64,000 nucleotides of DNA, taken from assembly GCF_009914755.1 (NCBI RefSeq), contig NC_060937.1. The stretch is one strand, 5' to 3'. The notes below the pieces were generated by a model that searched no databases, had not been told where the DNA came from, and worked only from the letters and a program-made list of their open reading frames with translations. Source of the stretch: the human T2T-CHM13v2.0 reference genome, Homo sapiens. The position numbers and the translations under genes were made by a program. How positions within the stretch are numbered: the stretch's first letter is position 1; the number at the start of each line of letters is the position of its first letter. Positions 1 to 15,986 of the stretch are shown here, piece by piece.

Positions 1-112
1 AGAGAATGGCGTGAACCTGGGAGGGGGAGCTTGCAGTAAGCTGAGATTACGCCACTCCACTCCAGCCCAGATGATAGTGTGAGACTTCATCTCAAAGAAA
101 AAGAAAAAAAAA
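1..112 (+). mobile_element. Alu 3' end (right arm + poly-A), cut by window edge
   Basis: GAGAATGGCGTGAACC...GAGCTTGCAGT...CATCTCAAA plus A tail (AluY-like). Confidence 0.9.
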
Positions 113-250
113 TATACACGCTGTTGGCCAGGTGCAGTGGCTCATGTCTGTAATTCCAGTGTCCAGAATTGGTGGATTCTTGGTCTCACTGACTTCAAGA
201 ATGAAGCCACGGACCCTCGTGGTGAGTGTTACAGTTCTTAAAGGTGGTGT

Positions 251-1632
251 TGTGTCCGGAATTGGTGGGTTCTTGGTCTCACTGACTTCAAGAATGAAGC
301 CGCGGACCCTCGCAGTGAGTGTTACAGTTCTTAAAGGCGGCGTGTCAGGAGTTTGTTCCTTCTGTTGTTAGGATGTGTTCGGAGTTTCTTCCTTCCGGTG
401 GGTTCATGGTCTCACTGGATCAGGACTGAAGGTGCAGACCTTTGCAGTGAGTGTTACAGCTCTTAAGGTGGCGCGTCTGGAGTTGTTCATTCCTCCTGGT
501 GGGTTTGTGGTCTCCCTGGCTTCAGCAGTGAGGATGCAGACCTTCACGGTGAGTGTTACAGCTCATAAGAGCAGTGTGGACCCAAAGAGTGAGCAGTAGC
601 AAGATTTATTACAAAGAGCAAAAGAACAAAGCTTCCACAGTGTGGAAGGGGACCTGAGAGGGTTGCCATTGCTGGCTCGGGCAGCCTGCTTTTATTCTCT
701 TATCCGGCCCCACCCACATCCCACTAATTGGTAGAGCTGAGTGGTCTGTTTTGACAGGGCGCTGATTGGTGCATTTGCAATCCCTGAGCTAGATGCAAAG
801 GTTCACCTCCCCACCAGATTAGCTAGATACAGAGTGTCGACACAAAGGTTCTCCACGTCCCCACCAGAGTAGCTAGATACAGAGTGTCGATTGGTGCATT
901 CACAAACCCTGAGCTAGACACAGGGTGCTGATTGGTGTGTTTACAAACCTTGAGCTAGATACAGAGTGCCGATTGGTGTATTTATAATCCCTGAGCTAGA
1001 CATAAAGTTCTCCACATCCCCACCAGACTCAGGAGCCCAGCTGGTTTCACCTAGTGGATCCCGCACCAGGGCTGCAGGTGGAGCTACCTGCCAGTCCCGC
1101 GCCGTGCACCCGCACTCCTCAGCCCTTGGGTGGTCGATGGGACTGGGCACCGTGGAGCAGGAGGCAGTGCTCGTCGGGGAGGCTTGGGCTGCACAGGAGC
1201 CCACTGTGAGGGGGAAGCTCAGGCATGGCAGGCTGCAGGTCCCGAGCCCTGCCCCGCGGGAAGGCAGCAAAGGCCCGGTGAGAAATAGAGCACAGCAGCC
1301 GCTGGCCCAGGTGCTAAGCCCCTCACTGCCCCAGACTGGCAGGGCCAGCTGGCTGCTCCGAATGCGGGGCCCACCAAGCCCATGCCCACCCAGAACTCCA
1401 GCTGGCCCGCAAGCACTCTGCGCAGCCCCGGTTGCTGCTCACGCCTCTCCCTCCATACCTCCCTGCAAGCTGAGGGAGCTGGCTCCGGCCTTGGCCAGCC
1501 CAGAAAGGGGCTCCCACAGTGCAGTGGCAGGCTGAAGGGCTCTTCAAGTGCCGCCAAAGTGGGAGCCCAGGCAGAAGAGGCACAGAGAGCGAGCGAGGGC
1601 TGTGAGGACTGCCAGCACGCTGTCACCTCTCA
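251..1632 (-). mobile_element. ERV9 solo LTR (LTR12C-like), inner nested copy
   Basis: Complete termini TGAGAGGTGACAGCG...AATTCCGGACACA on minus strand; 4-bp TSD GTGT at 247-250 / 1633-1636; GC-rich U3 and ~41-bp CTGATTGG/CTAGA repeats. Confidence 0.92.
685..1010 (-). promoter_or_regulatory. LTR12 enhancer/promoter of inner LTR (CCAAT repeats, GATA, AATAAA TATA-like box)
   Basis: Repeated ATTGG (CCAAT on minus strand) followed by minus-strand GATAAGAGAATAAAAGCAGGC; known ERV9 U3 layout; activity not shown. Confidence 0.6.
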
Positions 1633-1874
1633 GTGTGTCCGGAGTTTGTTCCTTTCAATGTTCGGACGTGTTCGGAGTTTCTTCCTTCTGGTGGGTTCGT
1701 GGTCTCACTGGCCTCAGGAGTGAAGCTGCAGACCTTCGCAGTGAGTGTTACAGCTTATAAAGGCAGTGCCGACCCAAAGAGTGAGCAGCAGCAAGATTTA
1801 TTGCAAAGAGCAAAGGAACAAAGCTTCCAGTGTGGAAGCGGACCCAAGCAGGTTGCCACTGCTGCCTCTGGCAG

Positions 1875-2160
1875 CCTGCTTTTATTCCCTTATCTGGCCC
1901 CACCCACGTCCTGCTGATTGGTCCATTTTACAGAGAGCTGATTGGTCTGTTTTGACAGGGTGCTGATTGGTGCATTTACAATCCCTGAGCTAGACACAAA
2001 AGTTCTCCAAGTCCCCACTAGATTGGCTAGACACAGAGCACTAATTGGTGCATTTACTAACCTTGAGCTAGACACAGGGTGCTAATTGGTGTGTTTACAA
2101 ACCTTGAGCTAGACACAGAGTGCTGATTGGTGTGTATACAATCCTCCAGCTAGACATAAA
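1875..2160 (-). promoter_or_regulatory. LTR12 enhancer/promoter of outer LTR
   Basis: Same CCAAT repeat array and GATAAGGGAATAAAAGCAGGC on minus strand. Confidence 0.55.
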
Positions 2161-3519
2161 AGTTCTCCAAGTCCCCACTAGACTCAGGAGCCCAGCTGGC
2201 TTCACCTAGTGGATCACGCACAGGGGGCCACAGGCAGAGCTACCCACCAGTCCCACACTGTGCACCCACACTTCTCAGCCCTTGGGCGGTCAACAGGACT
2301 GGGCTCTGCAGAGCAGGGGGTGGCACTCGCTGGGGAGGCTTGGGCTGTGCAGGAGCCCACTGGGGGCGGGGTGGGGGGCTTGGGCATGGCAGGCTGCAGG
2401 TCCTGAGCCCTGCTCCGCGGGGAGGCAGCTGAGAATTCAAACACAGCATGGGCGGGCTGGCAGTGCTGGGGGACCCGGCGCACCCTCCACAGGTGCTGGC
2501 CTGGGTGCTCAGCCCCTCACTGCTCAGGGCTGGCGACTCCGGCTGGCTGCCCCAAGTGTGGGGCCCACTGAGCCCGCACCCACCCGGAACTCACGCTGGC
2601 CTGTGAGCACCATGCGCAGACCCGGTTCCTGCCCATGCCTCTCCCTCCACACCTCCCCACAAGCAGAGGGAGCCGGCTCTGGCCTCAGCCAGCCCAGAGA
2701 GGGGCTCCCACAGTGCAGCGGCGGGCCGAAGGGCTCCTCAAGCGTGGCCAGCATGGGCGCCGAGGCCAAGGAGGTGCCAAGAGTGAGTGAGGGCTGCCAG
2801 CATGCTGTCACCTCTCACCAGCACTTTGAGAGGCCAGGGTAGGCAGATCACTTGAGGTCAGGAGTTTTGAGACCAGCCTGGCCAACATGGCAAAACCCCA
2901 TCTCTACTAAAAAAAAAATTACAAAAAAATTAGCCTGGCATGGTGGTGCATACTTGTAATCTCAGCTACTCAGAAGGTTGAACCATGAGAATCCTTTGAA
3001 CCTGGGAAGTGAGGGTTGCAGTGAGCCAAGATGGTGCCACTGCACTCCATCCTGGGAGACAGAGTGAGACTCTGTCTCAAAAAATAAATAAATAAGCTAC
3101 TTATACACCTTCCAAAGTTAATCAACTCATGTAGGCAAGTTGTCTTATGCCAACTTTTAGGAAAAAGACAATGGACTCAAAAGAATATTTTGCCTGTTGG
3201 TAATTTTCTGCAAACATATTCTTTCCCCTCTGCCTTTCACACCTCTGAATTACAACATTAAGTCAAAACAGGTAGGTCAGAGTTTTGGCCAGTGAGTGGT
3301 CCTGTTTAGGTTTATTTGACCCTGAATCCTGTATATGAAAAATATCCTTCATTGAGCAAGGAATGGATCCCAGTTTTATAGACAAAACACACCAACACAC
3401 AACCTTATATGAGGTTTTCAGCAGCCTAATAATTGTGAAGCTATACAAGTTACAGTGTTCCTACAAGTTTTCAAAAGTTTCTGGGAGTCAGTAAGGAGGC
3501 AGTTTCAATCTGCTGTATA

Positions 3520-3780
3520 TTATCTTTGCTTTATTTATTTAGCTGCTCCAATGTTGAGTGCATATATATTTACAATCGTTACATTCTTTTGATCAATTAA
3601 TCCCCTTATCATTATAGAATGACCTTCTTTGTCTAATTTTACAGTTTTTGACATAGTTTATTTTGTATAATGATTACATAAAATATCTTACAGTTGTAAG
3701 TCTATTTTAAGCTGATAAATTAATTTTCATAACATAAAAAATCTTCTAGACTTTTACTCCACCACCCCCACATTTAAATT
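3520..3780 (-). mobile_element. Old L1M fragment (ORF2 endonuclease region)
   Basis: GCTCCAATGTTGAGTGCATATATATTTACAAT...ATCATTATAGAATGACCTTCTTTGTCT resembles antisense L1M ORF2 start. Confidence 0.6.
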
Positions 3781-3785
3781 TAAAT

Positions 3786-3968
3786 TCCCTTCCCTTCCCT
3801 TCCCCTCCCCTCCCCTCCCCTCCCCTTCCCTTCCTTTTTCTTTACTTCTATAGACATGGGGTTTTGCCATGATGCCCAGGCTGGTCTTGAAATCCTGAGC
3901 TCAAGCGTTCTGCCTGTCTCTGCTTCCCATAGTGCTGGAATTACAGGCATATGCCACCGTGCTGGGCC
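3786..3968 (-). mobile_element. Alu monomer (FLAM-like) with (CCCCT)n/(CCCTT)n tail
   Basis: TAGACATGGGGTTTTGCCATGATGCCCAGGCTGGTCTTGAA...GAGCTCAAGC...ATTACAGGCAT. Confidence 0.8.
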
Positions 3969-5559
3969 TACAATCTCTACAACCTGTGCTGACCGAGGTT
4001 CAAGGAAGAGTAACATCAGTAATGTAAAACTGCCCTTTCTATGCATTTTCTTTTATTATTGTGCTACAACCAATTATGTGATCTTTCACACAGTGTTTTA
4101 GTGTGCTGATTGTTGTCTAAATTGATGTTTCTGTAGGGGAAGGACGGGCAATGGAAAGTTCTATTATGCCATCTTGCTGACATCTGTCGCTGCTGTATAT
4201 CAGATAAATCCCGTAGCTTTGTGAAATCAGACATGTTGGGAATGTTGATTTTTATATAACACTTTGCTTTGATATTGTTTAAGAGGAACTTAGAGGAGAA
4301 AAAGAGCTGTTCATGAGGACACTTGTATCAGTAGTTCTCCAAGTGGGGGTCAACGGATTGTATAAAAAATTCATGTACCCTTACCTCCTAAATTATTTGC
4401 AGAATTGTATGGCAGTGTGCATTTTTCTTCCAAGATTTATTTTTTCCAAATATACTTTTACTATTCCCTAAAAATAAATTTTATTTTAAAATGCCACAAA
4501 CCAGCATTTGCACTGGCACATATGGAAACTAATGCTTGTGATTGAAAGCTATATGTGTACTATGGGACATGAAAAAATATAGATTTTTTGGTACTTATAT
4601 ATTGTATGAGATAGATGTGCATGTTTCCATTTTGTTTAGCATTGTAAATGCTTTGAGATGAGTTTATAATGGTTAAAAAATGTATTTGGCAGTAACATAT
4701 AGTTAACCGTCATAACCTCATCTTTATCATTTCTAAAATGAAATAAATAAAAATTTCTATGGACATAAAGAAATACTGACTTAAAAACGCCTATGGCTGT
4801 GAGACAAACACACGGTATATTTACTTAGAAGATTAGTAATATTGACAAAAGAGATTCTTGATATTTCATAAAATGTGAATTTAATAATGTAGTATAGTTA
4901 CAGTGCTTTCTTCATCAGAAAGAAAATTTTAAATGTTAGTGTGAACATTAATTTCTAGAGTGTGAGGCTTTTCACTGAACTCTCTGTAACTAATCTGCAT
5001 AAATCATATGCATGCATTGTTTTTGACTTCCTGTTGCACATTCCTGAAATGAAATGCAAGAGAAATAGCCTTAGTGATAATGAGCATTGACAGCCAATCA
5101 TGAGGCAGGATTTTCATCTCTGCCATCAAATATTGAGGCCAGAGAACATGCATTAATCATAAAACGATTTCATGTGCCTTTATTGTATGTTTGTCCTAAA
5201 AGGTTATGGAAACAAAAATATTTGCAGAAATAATGTCTTTCCAATAAGCCACCTGAGAGAGCTATGTTTAGAAAGTGAAATGACAAAGAATATTAGGTTT
5301 AAATAGAAACTTAGCTTCACAACTGAAGAGTAAAGCTATTGTACCAGTTCTCAATGATCAAGATCTAAAGAGGTAGAAGTAGTTAAAATAAATCTAGAAA
5401 TATAACTGTTGTAACCACTTTGAGAAGGTAGGCAAATAGTTAAATAATTTGTGAGTCAATGCTACATAAATATAAGGTGATAGGTATTCATTTGCATAAA
5501 TCTAGAAAAACATGCTTTTATGTTTTAATACATTTTTAGATAAATTAATTATTAAATAT

Positions 5560-6350
5560 GTGTTGACCAAAGGAGCCAGGAGTCCATGGAGAATGGCTAA
5601 TTCTTGCTGGGACAGGGAGAAGATAAGATGAGTATGGAGCAACCAAAAAGTTTAAAAAAAATTGTTTGAAAATAAAGCAATGATGACATGTACAAGATAC
5701 ACAGGAGCTATTCAGAAAGAACTTCCAATTGCCAAACTTGGAATAATTTAATCAATTGCCTAGTATTGCTTTATAACTCAAAGTATAAAATAAATATCCA
5801 CAACTTCATACCAATGTAAAAAATAAACGAACAGACAAATACAGAAAATCTTCTTTATTACAGAAAAATTCCAAAAAATATGTAGACATTCTCGCCTCTA
5901 GGAAGTGAATAGAGACACTACCTGCCCCCTCCTTGACTGTTGGCCAGACTTAGATACTCGCTCCCAAACAATAGAATAGGGAAAAGTAGTATCTTCACAA
6001 TGAAGAAGTTTGGCAGATACTCATTTATCAAGTGGTCAAAGTTGTATCATTAATGATCTCATGTGGATGTCATGATATTATGTGATGAGAAAGGGAGTTC
6101 ATCTCTATGGTATTGTTCATAAAAACTGGCAAACTTAGTAGCATGAAAGAACATTAGACAAACCAAATATGAAAGCTATTCTGCAAAATATTTGACCAGT
6201 ACTCTTCAAAACTCTAAAGGACATTTAAATAACAAGGAAAGAGTGAGAAACTCTCAGACCAGAGGAGTCTAAAGAGACATGATGATTAAATGCAACATGG
6301 TATCCTGGATTGGATGTTGGAAAAGAGAGAGGACATTATTGGAAACACTG
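5560..6350 (+). mobile_element. L1MC-type 3' region, first part (continues at 13654-13708 and 15987-16148)
   Basis: TGACCAGTACTCTTCAAAACT...AAGAGACATGATGATTAAATGCAACATGGTATCCTGGATTGGAT, typical L1MC3/4 3' UTR; collinear continuation after later insertions. Confidence 0.7.
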
Positions 6351-6351
6351 A

Positions 6352-7105
6352 TGAGATATGAGCTACCATTCCATTCATCATGCTATTTGTTGCCTGTACA
6401 CCTTGTTTTTCGTTTTTCATTTTTGCTTTTTAAATTGTATTTTTGTTTTATAGGTCTTGTGAAATCTATGCTTTAACAAGGTTCTGTTTTGATGTGTTTT
6501 CAGAATTAGTTTCAAGATTTAGAGCTCCTTTCAGCAGTTCTTGTAGTGGTGGCTTGGGAGTGGCAAATTTTCTCAGCATTTGATTGTCTGAAAAAGACTA
6601 TCTTTCCTTCATATATTATGCTTAGTTTTGCTGGGTACTAAATTCTTAGCTGATAATTGTTTTGTTTGAGGAGGCTGAAAGTAGGGCCCCAATCCCTTCT
6701 AGCTTGTAGGGTTTCTGCTGAGAAATCTGCTGTTAATCTGTAAGGCTTTCCTTTACAGGTTACCTGGTGCTTTTGTCTCACAGCTATTAAGATTATTTCC
6801 TTTGTCTTAACTTTAGATAACCTGATGACAGTGTGCCTAGGTAATGATATTTTTGCAATGAGTTTCCCAGGTGTTCTTTGTGTTGCTTGTATTTAGATGT
6901 CTAGGTCTCTAGCAAGGCTGGGGAAATTTTCCTCAATTATTCCCCCATATATGTTTCCCAAACTTTTAGATTCCTCTTCTCCCTCAGGAATGCTGGTTAT
7001 TCTTCGGTTTGGTAGTTTAACACAATACCAGACTTCTTGGAGGCTTTGTTAATATTTTCTTATTCTTTCTTCTTTGTCATTGTTGGATGGAATTAATTCA
7101 AAGAC
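6352..7105 (-). mobile_element. L1PB (L1PB1-like) inverted 5' segment (ORF1 3' half + inter-ORF)
   Basis: Antisense ORF1; its reverse complement ends ...GGTAGCTCATATCTCA, which is contiguous with CAATAGTAACACTGAATGTAAATGG at 7106. Confidence 0.85.
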
Positions 7106-9140
7106 CAATAGTAACACTGAATGTAAATGGCCTAAATGCTCCAATTAAAAGATACAGAACCACAGAAAGGATAAGAATTCACTAACTGACTATTTGCTGT
7201 CTTCAAGAGACTCACCTAATACATAAGGACTCACATAAACTTAAAGTAAAGGGGTAGAAACAGGCATTTCATGCAAATGGACACCAAAAGCGAGCTGGAG
7301 TAGCTATTCTAATATCAGACAAAACAAACTTTAAAGCAACAGCAGTAAGAAAGACAAAGAAGGACATTATATAATGGTAAAAGGCCTTTTCCAACAGGAA
7401 AATATCACAGTCCTAAACATATATACACCTAACACTGGAGCTCCCAAATTTATAAAACATTTACTAATAGACCAAGAAATAAGACAGACATCAACACAAT
7501 GATAGTGGGGAACTTCAATACTCCACTGTCAGCACTAGACAGGTCATCAAGACAGAAAGTCAGCAAAGAAACAACGTACTTAAACTATATCTTGGAACAA
7601 ATGGACTTAACAGATATATACAGAACATTCCATCCAACAACCACAGAATACACATTCTGTTCAACAGTGCATGGAACTTTTTCCAAGATAGACCATATAA
7701 TAGGCCACAAAACAAGCCTCAATAAATTTAAGAAAATCGAAATTATATCAAGCAGTCTCTCAGACCACAGTGAAATAAAACTGGAAATCAACTCCAAAAG
7801 GAACCTTCAAAACCATGAAAATACATGGAAACTAAATAAACTGCTCCTGAATGATCACTGAGTCAAAAACAAAATCAAAATGGAAATTAAAAAATTCTTT
7901 GAACTGAACAACAGTAATGACACAACCTATCAAAACCTGTGGGATACAGCAAAGGCTGTGCTAAGAGGAAAGTTCAAATGCCTACATCAAAAATACTGAA
8001 AGAACACAAACAAACAATCTAAGGTCATACCTCAATGAACTAGAGAAACAAGAACAAACCAAACCTAAACACAGCAGAAGAAGGGAAGTAACCAAGATCA
8101 GAGTAGAACTAAATGAAATTGAAACAAAAAAATACAAAAGATAAATGAAACGAAAAGCTGGTTCTCTGAAAAGATAAATAAAATTGATAGACCATTAGTG
8201 AGACTAATCAAGAAAAGAAGAGAGGAAATCCAAATAATCTCAATAAGAAACAAAATGGGAGACATTACAACCAACACCACAGAAATACAAAAGATCATTC
8301 AAGGATACTATGAACACTAGAAAACCTAGAAGTGATGGATACATTCCTGGAAAAATACAACCCTCCTAGATTAAATCAGAAAGAATTAGATACCCCGAAC
8401 AAACCAATAACAAGTAGCAATATTGAAATGGTAATTTAAAAATTGCCAACAACAGAAAGTCCAGGACCAGACGGATTCACAGCAGAATTCTACCAGACAT
8501 TCGAAGAAGAATTGGTACCAATCCTATTCACACTATTCCACAAGATAGAGAAAGAAGGAACCCTCTCTTCATTCTACGAAGCCAGCATCACCCTAATACC
8601 AAAACCAGGACAGGACATAACCAAAAAAGAAAACTACAGACCAATATCCCTGATGAACATAGATGCTAAAATCCTTAACAAAATACTAGCTAACCAAATC
8701 CAACAACATATCAAAAAGATAATTCACCATGATCAAGTGGGTTTCATACCAGGGATGCAGGGGTGGTTTAACATATGCAAGTCAATAAATGTGATACACC
8801 ACATAAAGAGATTTAAAAACAAAAATCACATGATGATCTCAATAGATGCAGAAAAAGCATTCAACAGAATCCAGCATCCTTTATGATTAAAACTCTCAGC
8901 AAAATCGGCATACAAGGGACATACCTCAATGTCATAAAAGCCATCTATAACAAACCCACAGCCAACATAATACTGAATGGGGAAAAGTTGAAAGCATTCC
9001 CTCTGAGAATTGGAACAAGACAAGGTTGTCCACTCTCACCACTTCTATTCAACATAGTACTGGAAGTCCTATCCAGAGCAATCACACAAGAGAAAGAAAA
9101 AAAGGGCATCCAAATCAGTAAGGAGAAAATCAAACTGTCA

Positions 9141-11097
<1,957 letters not shown>

Positions 11098-11655
11098 AAA
11101 AACCCTAAAGACTCCTCCAGAAAGCTCCTAGAACTGATCAAAGAATTCAGCAAAGTTTCTGGATACAAGATTAATGTATGCAAATCAGTAGCTCTTCTAT
11201 ACACCAACAGTGACCAAGTAGAGAACCAAATCAAGAACTCAACCTTTTTCGCAATAGCTGCAAAAATAAATTAAATACTTAGGAATATACCTAACCAAGG
11301 AGGCAAAAGATCTCTACAAAGAAAACTATGAAGCACTGCTGAAAGAAATCATAGACAACACAAACAAATGGAAACACATCCCATGCTCATGGATGGGTAG
11401 AATCAATATTGTGAAAATGACCATACTCCCAAAAGCAATCTACAAATTCAAGGCTATCTCCATCAAAATACCACCATCATTCTTCAAATAATTAGAAAAA
11501 ACAATTATAAAATTCATATGGAACCAAAAAAGTGTCTGTATAGCCAAAGCAAGATTAAGCGAAAAGAACAAATCTGGAGGCATCACACTACCTGATTTCA
11601 AACTATACTATAAGGAAATAGTCATCAAAACAGCATGTTACTGGTATAAAAATAG

Positions 11656-12070
<415 letters not shown>

Positions 12071-13359
12071 TGGGACACCCTTGTCAACAAATGGTGCTGG
12101 GATAATTGGCTAGCCATATGTAGGAGAAAGAAACTGGATCCTCATCTCTTACCTCATACAAAAATCAACTCAAGATGTATTAAGGACTTAAATCCAAGAC
12201 CTGAAACTATAAAAATTCTGGAAGATAACATTGGAAAAGCCCTTCTAGACACTGGCATAGGCAAAGATTTCATGACCAGGAGCCCAAAAACTAATGCAAT
12301 AAAAACAAAGATAAACAGCTGGGACTTACTTAATTAAACTAAAGAACTTCTGCACAGCAAAAGGAACAGTCAGCAGAGTAAACAGACAACCTACAGAGCA
12401 GGAGAAAATGTTCACAATCTCTACATCTGACAAAGAACTAATATCCAGAATCTACAATGAGCTCAAACAAATCAGAAAGAAAAAAAAAATCCTATCAAAA
12501 AGTGAGCTAAGGACATTAATAGACAATTCACAAAAGAAAATATACAAATGGCCAACAAACATATGAAAAAATGCTCAACATCACTAATGATCAGGGAAAT
12601 GCAAATCAAAACCACAATGTGATACCACCTTACTCTTGCAAGAATGGCCATAATAAAAAAAATCAACAAAACAGTAGATGTTGACCTGAATGTGGTTATC
12701 AGGGAACACTTCTACACTGCTGGTGGGAATGTAAACTAGTACAACCACTATGGAAAACAGTGTGGAGATTCCTTAAACAACTAACAGTGGATCTACCATT
12801 TGATCCAGCAATCCCACTACTGGGTATCCACCCAGAGGAAGAAAAGTCATTATACAAGAAAGATACTTTCACACGCATGTTTATAGTGGCACAATTCACA
12901 ATTGCAAAATCGTGGAACCAACCCAAATGCCCATCGATCAATGACGGGATAAAAAAAAAACTGTGAGAGATATATATATGATGGGATACTACTCAGCCAT
13001 AAAAAGGAATAAATTAATGGCTTTTCAGTGACCTGGATGAGACTGGAGACTATTATTCTAAGTGAAGTAATTCAGGAATTGAAAGCCAAACATCTTATGT
13101 TCTCACTGACAGGTGGAGGCTAAGGTATGAGGACACAAAGGCATAAGAATGATATAATGGACTTTGGGGACTTGGAGGGGAGGGTGGGAGAGGTCACAAG
13201 GGATAAAAGGCTACAAATAGGGTGCAGTGTTTACTGCTCAGGTGATGAGGGCACCAAAATGTCACCAATCACCACTAAAGAACTTACTCATGTAACCAAA
13301 CACCACCTGTTCCCCAATAACCTATGGAAAAAAAAAAGAAAGAAAGAAAACACTCTTAA

Positions 13360-13653
13360 GGCCAGGCATGGTGGCTCACGCCTCTAATCCCAGCACTTTG
13401 GGAGGCCAGCATGAGTGAGTCACTTGAGTCCAGGAGTTTCAGACCAGCCTGGCCAATATGGCGAAATCCCATTTCTATTAAAAATACAAAATTTAGCTGG
13501 GTGTGATGGTGCAGGCCTATAATCCCAGCTACTCCAAAGGCTAAGGTGGGAGGGTTGCTTGAACCCAGAGTTTGCAGTGAGCTGAGATCACACCACTGCA
13601 CTGCAGGTTGGGTAACAGAGGGAGACTCTGCCAAAAAAAAAAAAAAAAAAAAA
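13360..13653 (+). mobile_element. Alu (AluJ-like)
   Basis: Full dimer, diverged, with long poly-A. Confidence 0.85.
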
Positions 13654-13708
13654 GGCACTGGTGAAATTTGAATTAATTCTAGAGATTAGTAGATAGTGAT
13701 GCACAGCA

Positions 13709-15986
13709 CAGGTACACCTCCATTCATTGTGTTTTGCTTTATTGCCCTTTGTGCATACTGCATTTTTTGCAGATTGAAGGTTTGTTGAAACCCTGTGTTG
13801 AACAAGTCTATTTTTCCAGCATGTCCTCATTTCATGTTTCTGTGTCACATTTTGGTAATTCTGGCAATATTTTAAATATTTCATTATTATTATGTCTGCT
13901 ATGGTAATCTATGATCAGTGATCTTTGAATTTACTATTGCAATGACACTCTTATAAAACAGCAAACTTAATAAAAGTGTGTTTTCTGACCGGCTATACCC
14001 CCTATATTCCCTCTACTCAGACCTCCATATTCCCTGAGAAATGCAATATTGAAATTAGAACGATGAATAACTTTACAATGGTCTCTAAGTGTTCAAATAA
14101 AAGGAAGAGTTACATGTTTTTACTTTAAATGAAAACCTAAAAATGACTAAGTTCAGTGAGGAAGGCATGTCAAAAGACCATATAGGCCAAAGGCAAGGCT
14201 TCTTGGGCCAAACAGTAACCCAAGTTGTAAATGCAAAGAAACAGGTCTTAAGGAAGTTAAAAGTGAACACGGGAATGCTAAGAAAGTGAAATCAAGTTAT
14301 TATAGCTTATATGGAGGAAATCTAAGGGGTCTGGATGGAAGATCAAACAGGCTACAGTATTCCCTTAAGTCCAAAGCCTAATCTAGAATAAGGCCCTACC
14401 TCTCTTTAATTCGATATTGGCTGAGCAAAGTGAGGAAGCTGCAGAAGAAAAGTTTGAAGCTAGCAGAGATTGGTTCATGAGGTTTAAGAAGGCATCTCCA
14501 TCACATTAAAGTACAAGATGAAGCATCAAGTGCTCATGTAGCAGCTGCAGCAAGTTATTCAGAAGATCTAGTTAAGGTCATTGATGAAGGTGGGTACACT
14601 AAACAACAGATTTTCATTGTAGATGAAACAGACTTATATTGGAAGAAGATACCATTTAGGATTTTCATCGCTGGAGCAAAGAAGACAATGCCTGGCTTCG
14701 CAGCTTCGAAAGGCAGCTGACTGTCTTTTGTTAGGGGCTAATGCAGCAATGCGCATTTACCACTTTGAAAATTTAAGGCCCTTAAGAATTATGCTGAATC
14801 TACTCTGCCTGTGCTCTATACATAGAAAAACAAAGCCTGGATGACCACACATCTGTTTTCATCATGGTTTACTGAATATTTTAAGCCCACTGTTAAGACT
14901 TATGGCTCAGTTAAAAAAATTCTTTGCAAATTTTGCAAATATTACTGCTCATTGACAATGCACCTAGTCACCCAGGAGCTCTGATGGAGATTAACATTGT
15001 TTTCATGCCTGCTAACAAAACATTCATTCTGCAGCCCATGGATCAAGGATTCATTTTGAATTTTAAGTCTTATTGTTTAAGAAATACACTTCATAAGGCT
15101 ATAGCTGCAAAAGATAGTGATTCCTCACTGGATCTGAGCAAATTAAATTGAAAACCTTCTGGGAAGAACTCACCATTCTAGACGCCATTAAGAACATTTG
15201 TAATTTATGAGGTGAGGTCAAAATATTAACATTTACAGGAGTTTGGAAGAAGTTAATGCCAACTCTCATGGATGAATTTGAGGATTTCAAGACTTCAGCA
15301 GAGGAAGAAGCTGCACATGTGGTGGTAATAGCAAGATAACTAGAATTAGAAATGAGCCTGTAGATGTAGCTGAATTACCGCAATCTCATGCTAAATCTTT
15401 AATGGATGAGGAGTTGCTTCTTAGCGATAAGCCAAGAAAGTGGTTTGCTGAGATGGATTGTAGTACTGGTAAAGATGCTGTGAACATTGTAGAAATGACA
15501 ACAAATAATTTAAAGTATTACATAATTTTACTTAATAAAGCAGTGGCAGGGTTTGAGTATACTATCAAACAGCATCTCATGCTACAGAGAAATCTTTTAG
15601 TGAAAGGAAGAGTCAATGTGGCAAACTTCGCTGTTGTCCTTTCTTTTTTAAATTGCCATAGCCATCTCAGCCATCAGGAACCAACATCACTCTGATCAGC
15701 TAGTAGCCATCAACAGTCAGGCAAGACCTTCCACCAGCAAAGAGATTATAACTAGCTGACAGTTCAGAGGATTGTTAGCTTTTTTTAGCAATGAATTATT
15801 TTTACATTAAGATATACACATTGGTTTTAGACACAATGCTATTGCATACTTAATAGATTACAGTACAGTGTAAGCATATTTATATGCAGTGGGAAGACAA
15901 ACTATTTGTGTGACTTGCTTTATTAGGATATTACCTTTGTTGGAGTTGTTTGGGACTGAACCCGCAATATTTTTGAGGTGTACCTG
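13709..15986 (+). mobile_element. Tigger1 DNA transposon, near full length, with decayed pogo-type transposase
   Basis: TIRs CAGGTACACCTC / GAGGTGTACCTG; DDE-domain remnants [12 protein letters not shown] and ILQPMDQG; ~2.3 kb. Confidence 0.92.

Larger units (their letters stand above)
160..2817 (-). mobile_element. ERV9 solo LTR (LTR12 family), outer copy: 160-250 and 1633-2817
   Basis: Minus strand begins TGAGAGGTGACAGC (2817) and ends ...TCTGGACA (160); CCAAT-containing tandem repeats; 4-bp TSD CCAG at 156-159 / 2818-2821. Confidence 0.92.
126..3095 (+). mobile_element. AluS split by LTR12 insertion (126-159 and 2818-3095)
   Basis: GGCCAGGTGCAGTGGCTCATGTCTGTAATTCCAG stops at 159 and resumes CCAGCACTTTGAGAGGCC at 2818; CCAG is duplicated. 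Confidence 0.9.

Noticed and set aside
720-1010. Regularly spaced ~41-bp repeats resembling an array
   Set aside because: Standard ERV9 U3 enhancer repeats; no unique spacers, so not CRISPR-like
132-2842. Many overlapping ORFs up to 189 aa
   Set aside because: All lie in GC-rich LTR12 sequence, which is stop-poor; no gene features
14623-15695. Domesticated Tigger transposase (TIGD-like gene)
   Set aside because: Reading frame fragmented by multiple stops and frameshifts
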